From a virus (taxonomy: Duplodnaviria; Caudoviricetes), in the IMG/VR virus record IMGVR_UViG_3300005934_000010, positions 1 through 41,948 of that record: a stretch of DNA of 41,948 nucleotides; one strand, written 5' to 3'. The translations under genes were made by a program, and so were the position numbers. Positions 28,305 through 37,410 of this stretch are shown in pieces (position 1 is the first letter of the stretch; each line of letters begins with the position of its first letter). The notes under the pieces were generated by a model. That model did no database searches, was not told where the DNA came from, and saw only the letters and a list, made by a program, of their open reading frames with translations.

Positions 28305-28910
28305 ATGTTAAAAATAAAAAGTGTGAGTGACTTTTATCCAGTGTGGGAATTATCAGGATTTGAAACTTCTGAATTGAATATATCTTTTCCTGAAAAGCGA
28401 GAAAAAGAAGCACGTTTACCTATCAATAAGAAAAGAATACCTGTACCATTACCAGAAGAAGAAACTGATTTTTGTAGAAAATGGCAAAAGTCAACTTCAA
28501 AGATAGTAGATTATTTGCGTAGTGAAAAATGTGTTAAAGATTGTCCAGAGGTACACGGAATGTGGCCTAATGGATTTCGTAGACTTATATGGGACGAACC
28601 TCATAAGTGTGTGAGTATTGTAAAAGATTCAGCAGGATTTTTTATGCACCCACATATTGATAATAGAGAAGTTATAGGAGTATTGATTGTAAATCTACAT
28701 GATAATCCAAAAGGCACAGGCACTAAATTTGTTAATAATCCATATGAGGAAAAAGAAGAAGTAGTATGGTATGAAGGACCTACTAAAAAAGATACTGGTA
28801 TATTTTTTCTAAACAACTGGAACACATGGCATAAGATTGAAAATCATACAGGCAAAACAAGATATATCGCATATGAAACATTGCATATGAGTCAACTACT
28901 GAGGAGATAA
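28305..28910 (+). CDS. 2OG-Fe(II) oxygenase
   Basis: HPHIDN, GT, GIFFLN, TWH...R. Confidence 0.8.
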   Translation: MLKIKSVSDFYPVWELSGFETSELNISFPEKREKEARLPINKKRIPVPLPEEETDFCRKWQKSTSKIVDYLRSEKCVKDCPEVHGMWPNGFRRLIWDEPHKCVSIVKDSAGFFMHPHIDNREVIGVLIVNLHDNPKGTGTKFVNNPYEEKEEVVWYEGPTKKDTGIFFLNNWNTWHKIENHTGKTRYIAYETLHMSQLLRR

Positions 28911-29308
28911 TGGAGTTACATACAAAGATACATATTGAAGGACATTCATTGAATGCAAATGGTACTTTGAAAGGTGCCAGTGTATTTGATTATGCAGATG
29001 TTACGGCATTCTCTATTATTAATGATAAGTTTACAAGATTTCATAAGCATATAGGAGTTGTAACAAGTAGTGCAAAATGTAAGTTTTTAGCACCTATACT
29101 TGGTTATGGTTTTATTGAATGCTATGCGGAAATTGTAGATTGTACACCTGCAAGAATAACAGTAAAAACTTTGATTAAATACAGAGAAAGAAAAGGCCTA
29201 GAATGGTATGATGCATTTGAAGGAACTTTTTATTTTACATGTATTGACAGAGAGACAAGAAAAGTGTATAAACTATCAAAAGAGGAAATGGATGAAATTA
29301 AAAAGTAA
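28910..29308 (+). CDS. Hot-dog fold acyl-CoA thioesterase-like protein
   Basis: LNANGTLKGASVFDYAD, VVT, FLAP, FTCID. Confidence 0.75.
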   Translation: MELHTKIHIEGHSLNANGTLKGASVFDYADVTAFSIINDKFTRFHKHIGVVTSSAKCKFLAPILGYGFIECYAEIVDCTPARITVKTLIKYRERKGLEWYDAFEGTFYFTCIDRETRKVYKLSKEEMDEIKK

Positions 29309-30200
29309 GATTCTAGTTACTGGCGGAGCAGGATATATTGGCACAGAATTAGTTTCGCAGTTATTGAATTCGGGATATCAAGTTACTGTTTTAGATAAAA
29401 AAGAAAACCCATTTGATGAAAAAGTAAAATATATACAAGGAGATTTACAAAATCCTGCTCGTTGTGTAATGGCATGTGCCGGTCAAGAGTTTGTTATTCA
29501 TTTAGCGGCAAAGCCTAGAATACCAGAAAGTTTTATAAATCCAGATGAATATTTTGATAACAACGTGACAGGAACAAGAAATATACTAACAGCCGCAAGT
29601 GCAGTAGGTATTAGAAAGTTTGTATTTGCAAGTAGTAGTTCAATATATGGAAATAGTCCAACACCACATAAACCATATAATAAACCTGATCCATTAAACT
29701 ATTATGCGATGACTAAGTTATTTGGAGAACATATGTGTAGGCAATACAAGAACATGTTTAGTTTGAATTATAATATATTAAGATTCTTTACAGTTTATTC
29801 AGAAAATCAACCTAACTCAAATACTGGCGGATTGATGATTGGTAAATTTGCTAGATTGGCTAAAGAAGGTAAAGCATTGACAGTACATGGTGATGGAGAA
29901 TTCAAAAGAGATTATATACACGTAACAGATGTAGCAAAGGCTTGTATAGCATCAATAGAGTCACGTGTAAAGAATGAAATATTTAATGTTGGAACAGGTA
30001 CTAACATATCTGTCAATGATGTAGTAAAAATTATTAAAGAATTTAAACCTGATGTTCAGGTAATAAATGAAGAAAATCCTAGAGGATATGCTAGAGATAC
30101 ATTAGCAGATATATCAAAAGCAAAGAAACTACTAGGTTGGTCACCAGAAATTAATCAAAAAGAAGGAATAGAACTAACATTTAGAAAGCTACTGACATGA
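29292..30200 (+). CDS. NAD-dependent epimerase/dehydratase (extended SDR)
   Basis: TGGAGYIG, HLAA, ASSSSIYG, YAMTK, RDYIHV. Confidence 0.93.
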   Translation: MKLKSKILVTGGAGYIGTELVSQLLNSGYQVTVLDKKENPFDEKVKYIQGDLQNPARCVMACAGQEFVIHLAAKPRIPESFINPDEYFDNNVTGTRNILTAASAVGIRKFVFASSSSIYGNSPTPHKPYNKPDPLNYYAMTKLFGEHMCRQYKNMFSLNYNILRFFTVYSENQPNSNTGGLMIGKFARLAKEGKALTVHGDGEFKRDYIHVTDVAKACIASIESRVKNEIFNVGTGTNISVNDVVKIIKEFKPDVQVINEENPRGYARDTLADISKAKKLLGWSPEINQKEGIELTFRKLLT

Positions 30201-30502
30201 ACATACCATATAAGAAATTAGACGAAAAAATTAAAGAACTAAACTCTACTAGAGTATTTAAGAAAGTCACTCCTAAAGGTGATTTGTCTTGGTATGTAAA
30301 GTGGGCGTCAAGCGCCTTAATTCTTATTGCAGTTGCATTTAGAAGCGTAGGAGTACATGAATGGGATATGTGGTTTAGCTTTGTAGGAACATTAGGTTGG
30401 TTCTGGGTAGGTATGCTTTGGCACGATAGAGCATTGATTATGTTAAATGCAACATTATCAACTTTATTGTTTATGGGATTACTAAAGTTATACTTTGTAT
30501 AG
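30197..30502 (+). CDS. Small membrane protein (DUF6552-like)
   Basis: KKVTPKGDLSWYVKW...LWHDRALIMLN; three TM segments. Confidence 0.7.
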   Translation: MNIPYKKLDEKIKELNSTRVFKKVTPKGDLSWYVKWASSALILIAVAFRSVGVHEWDMWFSFVGTLGWFWVGMLWHDRALIMLNATLSTLLFMGLLKLYFV

Positions 30503-31028
30503 GAAGGATATGATGAAATACGAACTTATTGAAGAAAATGATCCAAGACTAAAACAAAAATGTGAACCTCATGTCATAACTGATAAGACACAAGAATTAG
30601 TTTATGATATGATTGTTACTATGCAAGAGTATGATGGCATAGGTCTAGCGGCACCACAAGTTGGAGTAATGGAAAGAGTATTTGTAATAGGACATAAAGA
30701 TACTGGATTTGTTGTTTGTATAAATCCAAGTTGGGAAGCAACACAAGACGCAGAAGAAGAAAACTTCAAAGAAGGGTGTTTGAGTTTTCCATTGCTAGAA
30801 ATGAGTGTTAGAAGATACAATAAAGTACTTTGCACGTTCACAAACTTAAAAGGCGAAACACAAACTAAACTATTTACTGGTGTTTGGGCTCAAGCAATAC
30901 AACATGAGAATGACCATTTAGAAGGTATTACTTTTGATGAAAGAGTATCAGAAAGTACATTAAGTAGAGCAAAAGCATTACGTAGAGAAAAAGTAAAAAG
31001 AATAAAGAAGCGACAGAAAGAAAAATGA
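30495..31028 (+). CDS. def: Peptide deformylase (actual start may be 30510 or 30513)
   Basis: GIGLAAPQVG, EGCLS, QHENDHLEG. Confidence 0.95.
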   Translation: MYRKDMMKYELIEENDPRLKQKCEPHVITDKTQELVYDMIVTMQEYDGIGLAAPQVGVMERVFVIGHKDTGFVVCINPSWEATQDAEEENFKEGCLSFPLLEMSVRRYNKVLCTFTNLKGETQTKLFTGVWAQAIQHENDHLEGITFDERVSESTLSRAKALRREKVKRIKKRQKEK

Positions 31029-31855
31029 ACTTTTCAGAATACACATTATTAAGTGTAGGAGATAGTTTTGCTTTTGGTCAAGGAACAATAGAACACTATC
31101 ATGCCAACCATGGATTAAAATCTGACCATACAGATGCCATAAGACAAGAATGGAAAACTAAATGTAATTCTCATTCTTATGTTAAGCACGTAGAAAAAGA
31201 ATTAAATTTCAAACAATCAGTAAATCTTGCACTACCAGGGTGCAGTGACGAACTATCATTAATAAATGCAGAAGCCTGGTTAAATAAAAATCCGAAAGAA
31301 AAAGTATTTCTACTTTTTAGTCTTACAGACCCACAAAGACAAATATTCTTTGATAAAGAAAAGCAACTAGATTTTCTCAATACGTTTAAGTATACTAGTG
31401 ATAAAAATTTAGATTACTATTATGGAATATTAAACAATGATATTAGTTTAACTTTTAAGACTTATCAATTTAGAAAAGCATTAAAAAGATTTATTGATAG
31501 TAGTAATTTAAAACATTACATCTTTTCACCTCGTGATAATATGGATGAAAGAATAGTTAAAAGAAGAAAATATTGGAACAAAACAATAGATGAAGGTATT
31601 GACCATTGGAACAAACTTGGTTTAGCCGATGATTTTAAAAACTGGTTAAATAATATTGAAGATGAAAAAACATTAGGCAAAGATTATCTAACTATTAATA
31701 AACTATTATCAGAAAAACAAGAAATAACAATCTTTGATTGGCTTAAAAACACTTGTAATCCCTTATCTTCTTATGATGATGCACATTATAATACAGAAGC
31801 CCACATCAAAATATCACAACTGATATCCGCCCAAATTCAGCAAAATAACGCATAA
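31025..31855 (+). CDS. SGNH/GDSL hydrolase-like protein
   Basis: VGDSFAFG, NLALPG, C-terminal DDAHY. Confidence 0.7.
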   Translation: MNFSEYTLLSVGDSFAFGQGTIEHYHANHGLKSDHTDAIRQEWKTKCNSHSYVKHVEKELNFKQSVNLALPGCSDELSLINAEAWLNKNPKEKVFLLFSLTDPQRQIFFDKEKQLDFLNTFKYTSDKNLDYYYGILNNDISLTFKTYQFRKALKRFIDSSNLKHYIFSPRDNMDERIVKRRKYWNKTIDEGIDHWNKLGLADDFKNWLNNIEDEKTLGKDYLTINKLLSEKQEITIFDWLKNTCNPLSSYDDAHYNTEAHIKISQLISAQIQQNNA

Positions 31856-31898
31856 ATACTAGTAGGACAGAATAAACACTGTTCGAAAGGAGATTACT

Positions 31899-32060
31899 AT
31901 GATTAAATGGATTAAGAAAAGAATGAACGAAAGAACATCATGGGATGGTGCCATGCTTATGGGACTAGGTCTGATGATATTGTTCTTTGCACCACTGGCA
32001 AAAATAGCGGCAGGCGTTGCTATCGTTTACGGTGCATGGACAATCTGGAAATCAGAGTAA
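31899..32060 (+). CDS. 53-aa two-TM protein, not in the ORF track (holin-like candidate)
   Basis: MIKWIKKRMNERTSWDGAMLMGLGLMILFFAPLAKIAAGVAIVYGAWTIWKSE; AGGAG Shine-Dalgarno; CATAAATAC at 31851. Confidence 0.8.
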   Translation: MIKWIKKRMNERTSWDGAMLMGLGLMILFFAPLAKIAAGVAIVYGAWTIWKSE

Positions 32061-32073
32061 TAAAGAATTGGGT

Positions 32074-32292
32074 ATGACACCCGAATTCAGGAAAGAAGCG
32101 TACCGACGTTTCTGGCTTGTTAAAGGACATTTGGCGTGTCATACATGGAGCGAAGAGGACATAGTATCTATGTACGATTCATATTTTAGAAGATTATGGA
32201 ATAATGAGTCTGGGTGCTTAGATATATATGAAGAAGGATTTGAAGAAGCATATGAGGCCTTAACGTGGACGAAAAACGAACACCAAGATTAA
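32074..32292 (+). CDS. Hypothetical protein
   Basis: Probable start MTPEFRKE at 32074. Confidence 0.7.
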   Translation: MTPEFRKEAYRRFWLVKGHLACHTWSEEDIVSMYDSYFRRLWNNESGCLDIYEEGFEEAYEALTWTKNEHQD

Positions 32293-32507
32293 TTCTTTTA
32301 TCTGAGTTCTTAGACCAGAATAAAAGAAAAGAAGATGAAATAGCTTTCTACGAGAAAGAACTAAAAAAGATAGAAGAAAAACTTTATTGGTTGCGTAGAG
32401 AAAAAGATTTAACAGAAACGATTATCAATATCATATCACAAGAAAAAGTAGTTGACATTAGAGAAGAAATGGAAAAGAAACTACTATCAGATAAAGCAGA
32501 AGAATAA
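32265..32507 (+). CDS. Hypothetical coiled-coil protein
   Basis: GTG start with GAGG upstream; charged heptads. Confidence 0.7.
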   Translation: MDEKRTPRLILLSEFLDQNKRKEDEIAFYEKELKKIEEKLYWLRREKDLTETIINIISQEKVVDIREEMEKKLLSDKAEE

Positions 32508-32845
32508 TGGATCATTTAAGAAAATATATAGGTTTATATCTAACGGTATTGCTATTGCCTTTTATGTTTGGATATGGTGTAAGTGAAGACCACCCAATAT
32601 GGGTTTGGTGGATAGCATTTGGATTAGTAATATTAAAAACTCCTCCTTACAATATCAGTGACCGTTTTTGGGATGCATATACAAGATTAATAGATTGGAT
32701 ATTGATACCTTTAAAAAAGTCAGTACCTAAATGGCCATGGTGGTTAAGAGCATTAGTGGCATTAGGTCTATTATACTTTTTAGAAGAAGTATTACTATCA
32801 TCAATCGGTTATACTATATTACCTTGGAGAATGGATTTTAGCTAA
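32507..32845 (+). CDS. Hypothetical membrane protein
   Basis: Three hydrophobic Trp-rich segments. Confidence 0.7.
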   Translation: MDHLRKYIGLYLTVLLLPFMFGYGVSEDHPIWVWWIAFGLVILKTPPYNISDRFWDAYTRLIDWILIPLKKSVPKWPWWLRALVALGLLYFLEEVLLSSIGYTILPWRMDFS

Positions 32846-32851
32846 TAGGGG

Positions 32852-32880
32852 TTGACTCGCAATACAACCTATGCTATAAT
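32852..32880 (+). promoter_or_regulatory. sigma70-type promoter
   Basis: TTGACT-N17-TATAAT. Confidence 0.8.
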
Positions 32881-32937
32881 ACCAGAATATTATGCTCGAT
32901 TCGAGTGTAGTATTGACTAACAACTAAGGAGGATGTT

Positions 32938-33297
32938 ATGAATATGAAAACATCAATTATTGGACTGCTGGCCGCAGTCTTTTTTTCTGCATCAGCGATG
33001 GCAGAAGATACAAGTGTATCAAATGATATTTCTTGGGCTTTGACACTAGAACGTCAAACAGAAGCAAACGCTAATACAGGCGAACTAATGGGAACAATGG
33101 AAGTCGTAGGACTTGATGTTTCAGCAGGTGGGTTATGGAACATTGACAAGTCAGGTGAAGACTTTATCGACTTGAACAAAACAATGTTAAACTTTAGCCA
33201 CTCTCTTTCAGACCAAGCTACAGTGTATTTAAATAATGATTTTGACACTGATTGGGAAAGAACTGAGTCAACAGTAGGCTTAAAAATCACATTTTAA
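32938..33297 (+). CDS. Secreted small outer-membrane beta-barrel-like protein
   Basis: Signal peptide ending AMA|E, alternating beta strands, C-terminal VGLKITF (BAM signal). Confidence 0.7.
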   Translation: MNMKTSIIGLLAAVFFSASAMAEDTSVSNDISWALTLERQTEANANTGELMGTMEVVGLDVSAGGLWNIDKSGEDFIDLNKTMLNFSHSLSDQATVYLNNDFDTDWERTESTVGLKITF

Positions 33298-33300
33298 GTA

Positions 33301-33331
33301 TTGACAAAAACACCCCTATAGTGTATAAATA
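33301..33331 (+). promoter_or_regulatory. Dual early/late promoter of the tmRNA
   Basis: TTGACA-N17-TATAAA, whose -10 box is also a TATAAATA late motif. Confidence 0.7.
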
Positions 33332-33335
33332 TAGA

Positions 33336-33611
33336 TGTTAACGTTGAAGCGAGTTCAACGCTAGACAGGACCTGGGGGCAGTACCCAGCAGGTCCACCAT
33401 AAATACATTGTTAGTTTGCGATAGTGTGTTTATGATGGGCCTGAACTAGGATCGACTGGTAGTCAATAGGCAAGTGGAGTTAACCGAGTGACTTCGTTAT
33501 TGGTCAAAAACTATAAATGCAAACGATAATTTTGCAAATGAAGATTTAGCCTTAGCGGCGTAATCATTCGGGGTTGGCAACTGACCTGGCAACAGAACTA
33601 GTTGCTTTTTT
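33336..33611 (+). ncRNA. ssrA: Two-piece circularly permuted tmRNA (alphaproteobacterial type)
   Basis: Acceptor piece with T-arm and CAGGTCC-A-CCA ends at 33399; hairpin intervening segment; coding piece starts GGGCCTG at 33437 giving a G3-U wobble; tag ANDNFANEDLALAA* at 33519-33563. Outer ends are approximate. Confidence 0.95.
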
Positions 33612-33624
33612 ATTTAGGTGATAA

Positions 33625-33963
33625 ATGACATATGTAGTAACACAGGATTGTATAAAATGTAAGTACACTGATTGTGTTGAGGTTTGTCCAGTAGATTGTT
33701 TTTACGAAGGCGACAACATGCTTGTTATCAATCCAGATGAATGTATTGATTGTGGAGTATGTGAACCTGAATGTCCAGCAGATGCTATCTTACCTGATAC
33801 TTCCCCAAAATTCACACAAAGACTATACGATATCAATAAGAAATGGTCACAAGAATGGCCAGTTATCACAGACAAGCAAGATCCTTTGCCTAATGCAGAT
33901 GCACTAAATCCAGCAATGGGATATGCAGAGGACAAGACAAACTTGTTAGATGATTATGATTGA
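33625..33963 (+). CDS. fdxA: Dicluster ferredoxin FdxA
   Basis: [21 protein letters not shown]...[12 protein letters not shown]. Confidence 0.95.
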   Translation: MTYVVTQDCIKCKYTDCVEVCPVDCFYEGDNMLVINPDECIDCGVCEPECPADAILPDTSPKFTQRLYDINKKWSQEWPVITDKQDPLPNADALNPAMGYAEDKTNLLDDYD

Positions 33964-34690
33964 TTATGGAGATATAGTACCCCCAAAAAGATTTGATTTA
34001 GAAACGTATGAAGATTTTATATATGTATCTAATATACTAGATGAATATATAGGATGTAAAACGTATGTTATTGAAACAACGTTAGAACAAATAAACAAAG
34101 AATTTTTTAAAAAAAATTACAAGACAGAAATAGAAGATATCATAATAGAACTTTTCAGTAAGTCTAATCAAGTTATCAGTAATCAACCAGGCTTAACTCA
34201 CAGAGATTTAGAAAAGATAAACAGTTTTGATGTTTTGTATCACAGTATAAAACAAAATGGTATAAAATATCCATTAAGTATAAATTATTTTCAAACAGGT
34301 TTATGGGGAGCCCATCCTGGAAATACTCGTTTGATGTTTGAAGGTTATTACAAAGAAAAAGTTTTAGCAGTAGTCAGTGATTATAAAGGAACAATACAAC
34401 AAGATTATCCAAATATAAAATTTATGAAACCAAATGAAACTAGTTTTGATGTATCAGAATTACATGTTGTTTTAAATAATACAAAATTTGGTGGACCTAA
34501 TAGTATCAGTAGACCAGCACAAAACAAAAAAATAAATTACAAAGAACTTACTGATGGTCCAGAGAAAACATTAGCAGATCCTACATTATATAATCCACCA
34601 AGAACATATAGGTTAAATAACAATAAAGTTTATGTTGACGATAAACTAATATTAATTAAAGATAATACATGGAGGTTTTCAAATGATTGA
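33950..34690 (+). CDS. Hypothetical protein, ParB/Srx-like motif
   Basis: [11 protein letters not shown]...HPGNTR; related to 40507. Confidence 0.55.
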   Translation: MIMIDYGDIVPPKRFDLETYEDFIYVSNILDEYIGCKTYVIETTLEQINKEFFKKNYKTEIEDIIIELFSKSNQVISNQPGLTHRDLEKINSFDVLYHSIKQNGIKYPLSINYFQTGLWGAHPGNTRLMFEGYYKEKVLAVVSDYKGTIQQDYPNIKFMKPNETSFDVSELHVVLNNTKFGGPNSISRPAQNKKINYKELTDGPEKTLADPTLYNPPRTYRLNNNKVYVDDKLILIKDNTWRFSND

Positions 34691-35237
34691 GTTACTTAGT
34701 TATGAGAAAATGAATACACATACATTTGATTGTTGGACATTTGAGAATGTTGTATCAAATGAAGTATTGAAACAAGTTATATGGGATGGTGATATATTTC
34801 ATTGGGGAGTAATTGAAGGAATGCGTACTGATAAAAATTATCGTATTTGGATGAACAAATATGCATCTTCTTCATTTCAGCATATATGTAAAACATTTAA
34901 TGATTCGACTACAAAAAGACTGTTTGGTGACATTGTAGGATGCGATTATTCACAATGTAGAACTAGAATAGAATTATGCAAAGACGAAAAAGGAAGTTGG
35001 TTACATAATCACTTTGACGATAAAGCAAAGTTATTCACTTTGCAGTTGTATTTGAGTGATAGTGACGTATCTACTTCTTTTAATAATTCAACTACAGGTG
35101 CAAAGAATGGATCAGGTTGGTTTTTTAAAAATACAGGTTCAGAACTGCATGGTCTTCCAAAATTAAACAAAAGAAGAATTAGTATTATTGTAAATTATGT
35201 TGATGATACTTGGAGAGATAGTAGCGTACTAGTATGA
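34683..35237 (+). CDS. 2OG-Fe(II) oxygenase
   Basis: WLHNHFDD, LQLYL, ELHG, RISIIVNY. Confidence 0.8.
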   Translation: MIELLSYEKMNTHTFDCWTFENVVSNEVLKQVIWDGDIFHWGVIEGMRTDKNYRIWMNKYASSSFQHICKTFNDSTTKRLFGDIVGCDYSQCRTRIELCKDEKGSWLHNHFDDKAKLFTLQLYLSDSDVSTSFNNSTTGAKNGSGWFFKNTGSELHGLPKLNKRRISIIVNYVDDTWRDSSVLV

Positions 35238-35956
35238 CCTATAAAGATAGCGACCAAAGAACCAAAGACTATTTAGGTAAGTTTACCAAAGACAAGGTAA
35301 TACAGAATTTGGTAGGAACGGATAAACCTCTGATATTGGATATTGGTGGAAATATAGGACAATCAGTACATAGATTAAAAGAAGTATGGGAAGATTGTAC
35401 TATTCATTCTATTGAACCACTTCCAGAAGCATTCAAAAGACTTCATATGTGTCAAGCATTGTTTAGTAATGTAACTGCACACAATATAGCATTAGGTTCA
35501 CGTAATGGTAAGCAAGACTTTTATGTTAGTGAACATCAACCCATGTTGAGTAGTTTATACAAACTAAACAAGAATAGTAGTGATAGTATAGCTATAAACA
35601 AGCCAGAGAACGCCCACAAAGACTTTCTTAAGTCTAAGACAATAAAAGTACACGTAAGAACACTAGATACGTTTGCTAGACAGAATCGAATAGATTCGGT
35701 TGATATTATCAAAATGGATGCTCAAGGATCAGAACCAGACATATTAGAACATGGTAAAGATACTCTAAAGAACACAAAGATTATACTCACAGAGTTGTCA
35801 TTCTATGACTTATACACAAAGAAGTGCAGTTTCTACGATATAGAGAAAACCCTGATTCCCTTGGGTTTTGAATTATACGATATTGCTCATGTCAGTAAAA
35901 ACCCAATGAATGGACGTACAGATTGGGCTGATGTAATTTATTTCAAAAAAAATTAA
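35234..35956 (+). CDS. FkbM family methyltransferase
   Basis: LDIGGNIG, IEP, TLD, IIKMDAQGSE. Confidence 0.9.
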   Translation: MTYKDSDQRTKDYLGKFTKDKVIQNLVGTDKPLILDIGGNIGQSVHRLKEVWEDCTIHSIEPLPEAFKRLHMCQALFSNVTAHNIALGSRNGKQDFYVSEHQPMLSSLYKLNKNSSDSIAINKPENAHKDFLKSKTIKVHVRTLDTFARQNRIDSVDIIKMDAQGSEPDILEHGKDTLKNTKIILTELSFYDLYTKKCSFYDIEKTLIPLGFELYDIAHVSKNPMNGRTDWADVIYFKKN

Positions 35957-35975
35957 AAAAAAGTGAAAAAAGGTG

Positions 35976-36004
35976 TTGACAAACCGAATCAAATTTGCTA
36001 TATT
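35976..36004 (+). promoter_or_regulatory. sigma70-type promoter driving the ncRNA
   Basis: TTGACA-N17-TATATT preceded by an A-rich UP-like tract. Confidence 0.75.
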
Positions 36005-36010
36005 AGTAAC

Positions 36011-36227
36011 ATAAGCATAAAACAATTTAGCGGTTGTTTTATTGTAGTGCAAGGAAGAGGGTCTTACCAGAGGCTCGAACTTGACTAGTTAGGGGTGGTA
36101 CCCAGGCTTAAAGTCTAGCGACCGAAAGTCACATCGCTCTACCGAGCGGAACTAGGTTCCCTGGATTCAGAATGGTATCTGTGTCGAGGGGTTGGGGGTG
36201 TAACCAAGTCCCTCCTACTTTGCTTAT
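36011..36227 (+). ncRNA. Stand-alone structured ncRNA, possibly of the manA-motif class
   Basis: GC-rich stretch with no ORF; terminal ATAAGCA/TGCTTAT pairing; several internal hairpins; own promoter. Confidence 0.7.
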
Positions 36228-36259
36228 ATTCTAGGTTATATCATATCATATAACCATTA

Positions 36260-36321
36260 AAGGGCAGTTAGCAAACCATATTTTACTCACTTTCATTTCA
36301 TTTTGCTAACTGTCTTTTTTA
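36260..36321 (+). terminator. Long-stem terminator-like hairpin between the ncRNA and the convergent gene
   Basis: AGGGCAGTTAGCAAA ... TTTGCTAACTGTCT followed by a T-run. Confidence 0.6.
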
Positions 36322-36325
36322 TTTT

Positions 36326-37150
36326 CTAAGCATTTTTATCTAAAGCAGAAATCATTCTAGTCATACCGATTCCTCCACCAACTCTCGGGAAGAAATCAAA
36401 TTCTAAGAATTTTTCTAATTCAGCTTCTACACGTTCTTTAGAGAATAGTTTGTATAGTAATTCTGAGTATTCGCCATTTGTAATTGTGTGAAAAGTATCT
36501 CTCATCATTTCTACATCACATGAACGTTCGGCAGAACCTATTGTTTCCATTCCACCTAAGATAACATCTATCTTCTTACTTGTAGCACCACCTTCGTGTC
36601 TACTCATGTTCCAGAACGGAGATGTCATTTCAGGAAAATCAGTAATCATAGTTGAACCGAATTCTTCAAACATCTTAGTTTCATGTTCAGCTTCCATTTC
36701 AGTCATTGGATCTAGACCAAAATGTTTCTGCCAATCTGCATATGTTCTTTCTTCTGGTTTAGGGAATTCTAAGTATTCACATAATTCGTATTCCATCTTT
36801 TTTAAATCATCGTACCCGCCTGGCATTTCAAATTCAAACATTGGGAATATAATGTCGTGTCTACCTGGAATAGCATTTGGCTCTTGTCTGTAGGACGTGG
36901 AGACACAAAAAAAGCCCTTTGCATCGGGCTTAGAGAGTAATTCGTGTTCTAACCACATTTGGCCTGTTTGGGGAAGAGGCCAGACTTGGCCTGCATAATT
37001 GTATGTTGCTACATTGAACGGATCTTCACAAGCCGCTAATATAGATAATCTGTTTTGAGTATGAACTTCTTCAAACCCTTTATCCAAAAAAAATGACCTT
37101 AAAAGGCCAACTGTTTTTGTAAATTTTGTAGGTGATATGAGTTGCGTCAT
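36326..37150 (-). CDS. Class IIb aaRS catalytic-core paralog (AsnRS-like/asparagine synthetase-related) without an anticodon domain
   Basis: LPQTGQMWLE, motif 2 YRQE...RH..FPMFEFE, motif 3 GGGIGMTR; only 274 aa. Confidence 0.8.
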   Translation of the reverse strand: MTQLISPTKFTKTVGLLRSFFLDKGFEEVHTQNRLSILAACEDPFNVATYNYAGQVWPLPQTGQMWLEHELLSKPDAKGFFCVSTSYRQEPNAIPGRHDIIFPMFEFEMPGGYDDLKKMEYELCEYLEFPKPEERTYADWQKHFGLDPMTEMEAEHETKMFEEFGSTMITDFPEMTSPFWNMSRHEGGATSKKIDVILGGMETIGSAERSCDVEMMRDTFHTITNGEYSELLYKLFSKERVEAELEKFLEFDFFPRVGGGIGMTRMISALDKNA

Positions 37151-37410
37151 TTTCTTTTTTCCTTTCTGTTATCCAAAAAAAAATAATAGCCAAAAAAAAA
37201 TTTGGTATTCGTTTTTGATGTTGTTTTTATTTATCATTTTTATTTCAAAAGTTATCAACAATTCAATTAAAAAGTGTATTGATTTCATATCTTTTTTATG
37301 TTACATTTATAAATATGATTGTAACAATAACGTTACTGCCAGGCACAAGTCGAGCCTGGTCTAACTTTGTGAGCAACGTGGTAAAGACGTTAAGCAGAAG
37401 GAGATAAAAA

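Noticed and set aside
33366-33399. tRNA-like T-arm with CCA read as a separate tRNA gene
   Set aside because: There is no anticodon arm. It is the acceptor piece of the permuted tmRNA.
37137-37364. 75-aa ORF and duplicated CCAAAAAAAAA tracts as a phase-variation locus
   Set aside because: This is low-complexity divergent intergenic DNA. A single sequence gives no evidence of length variation.
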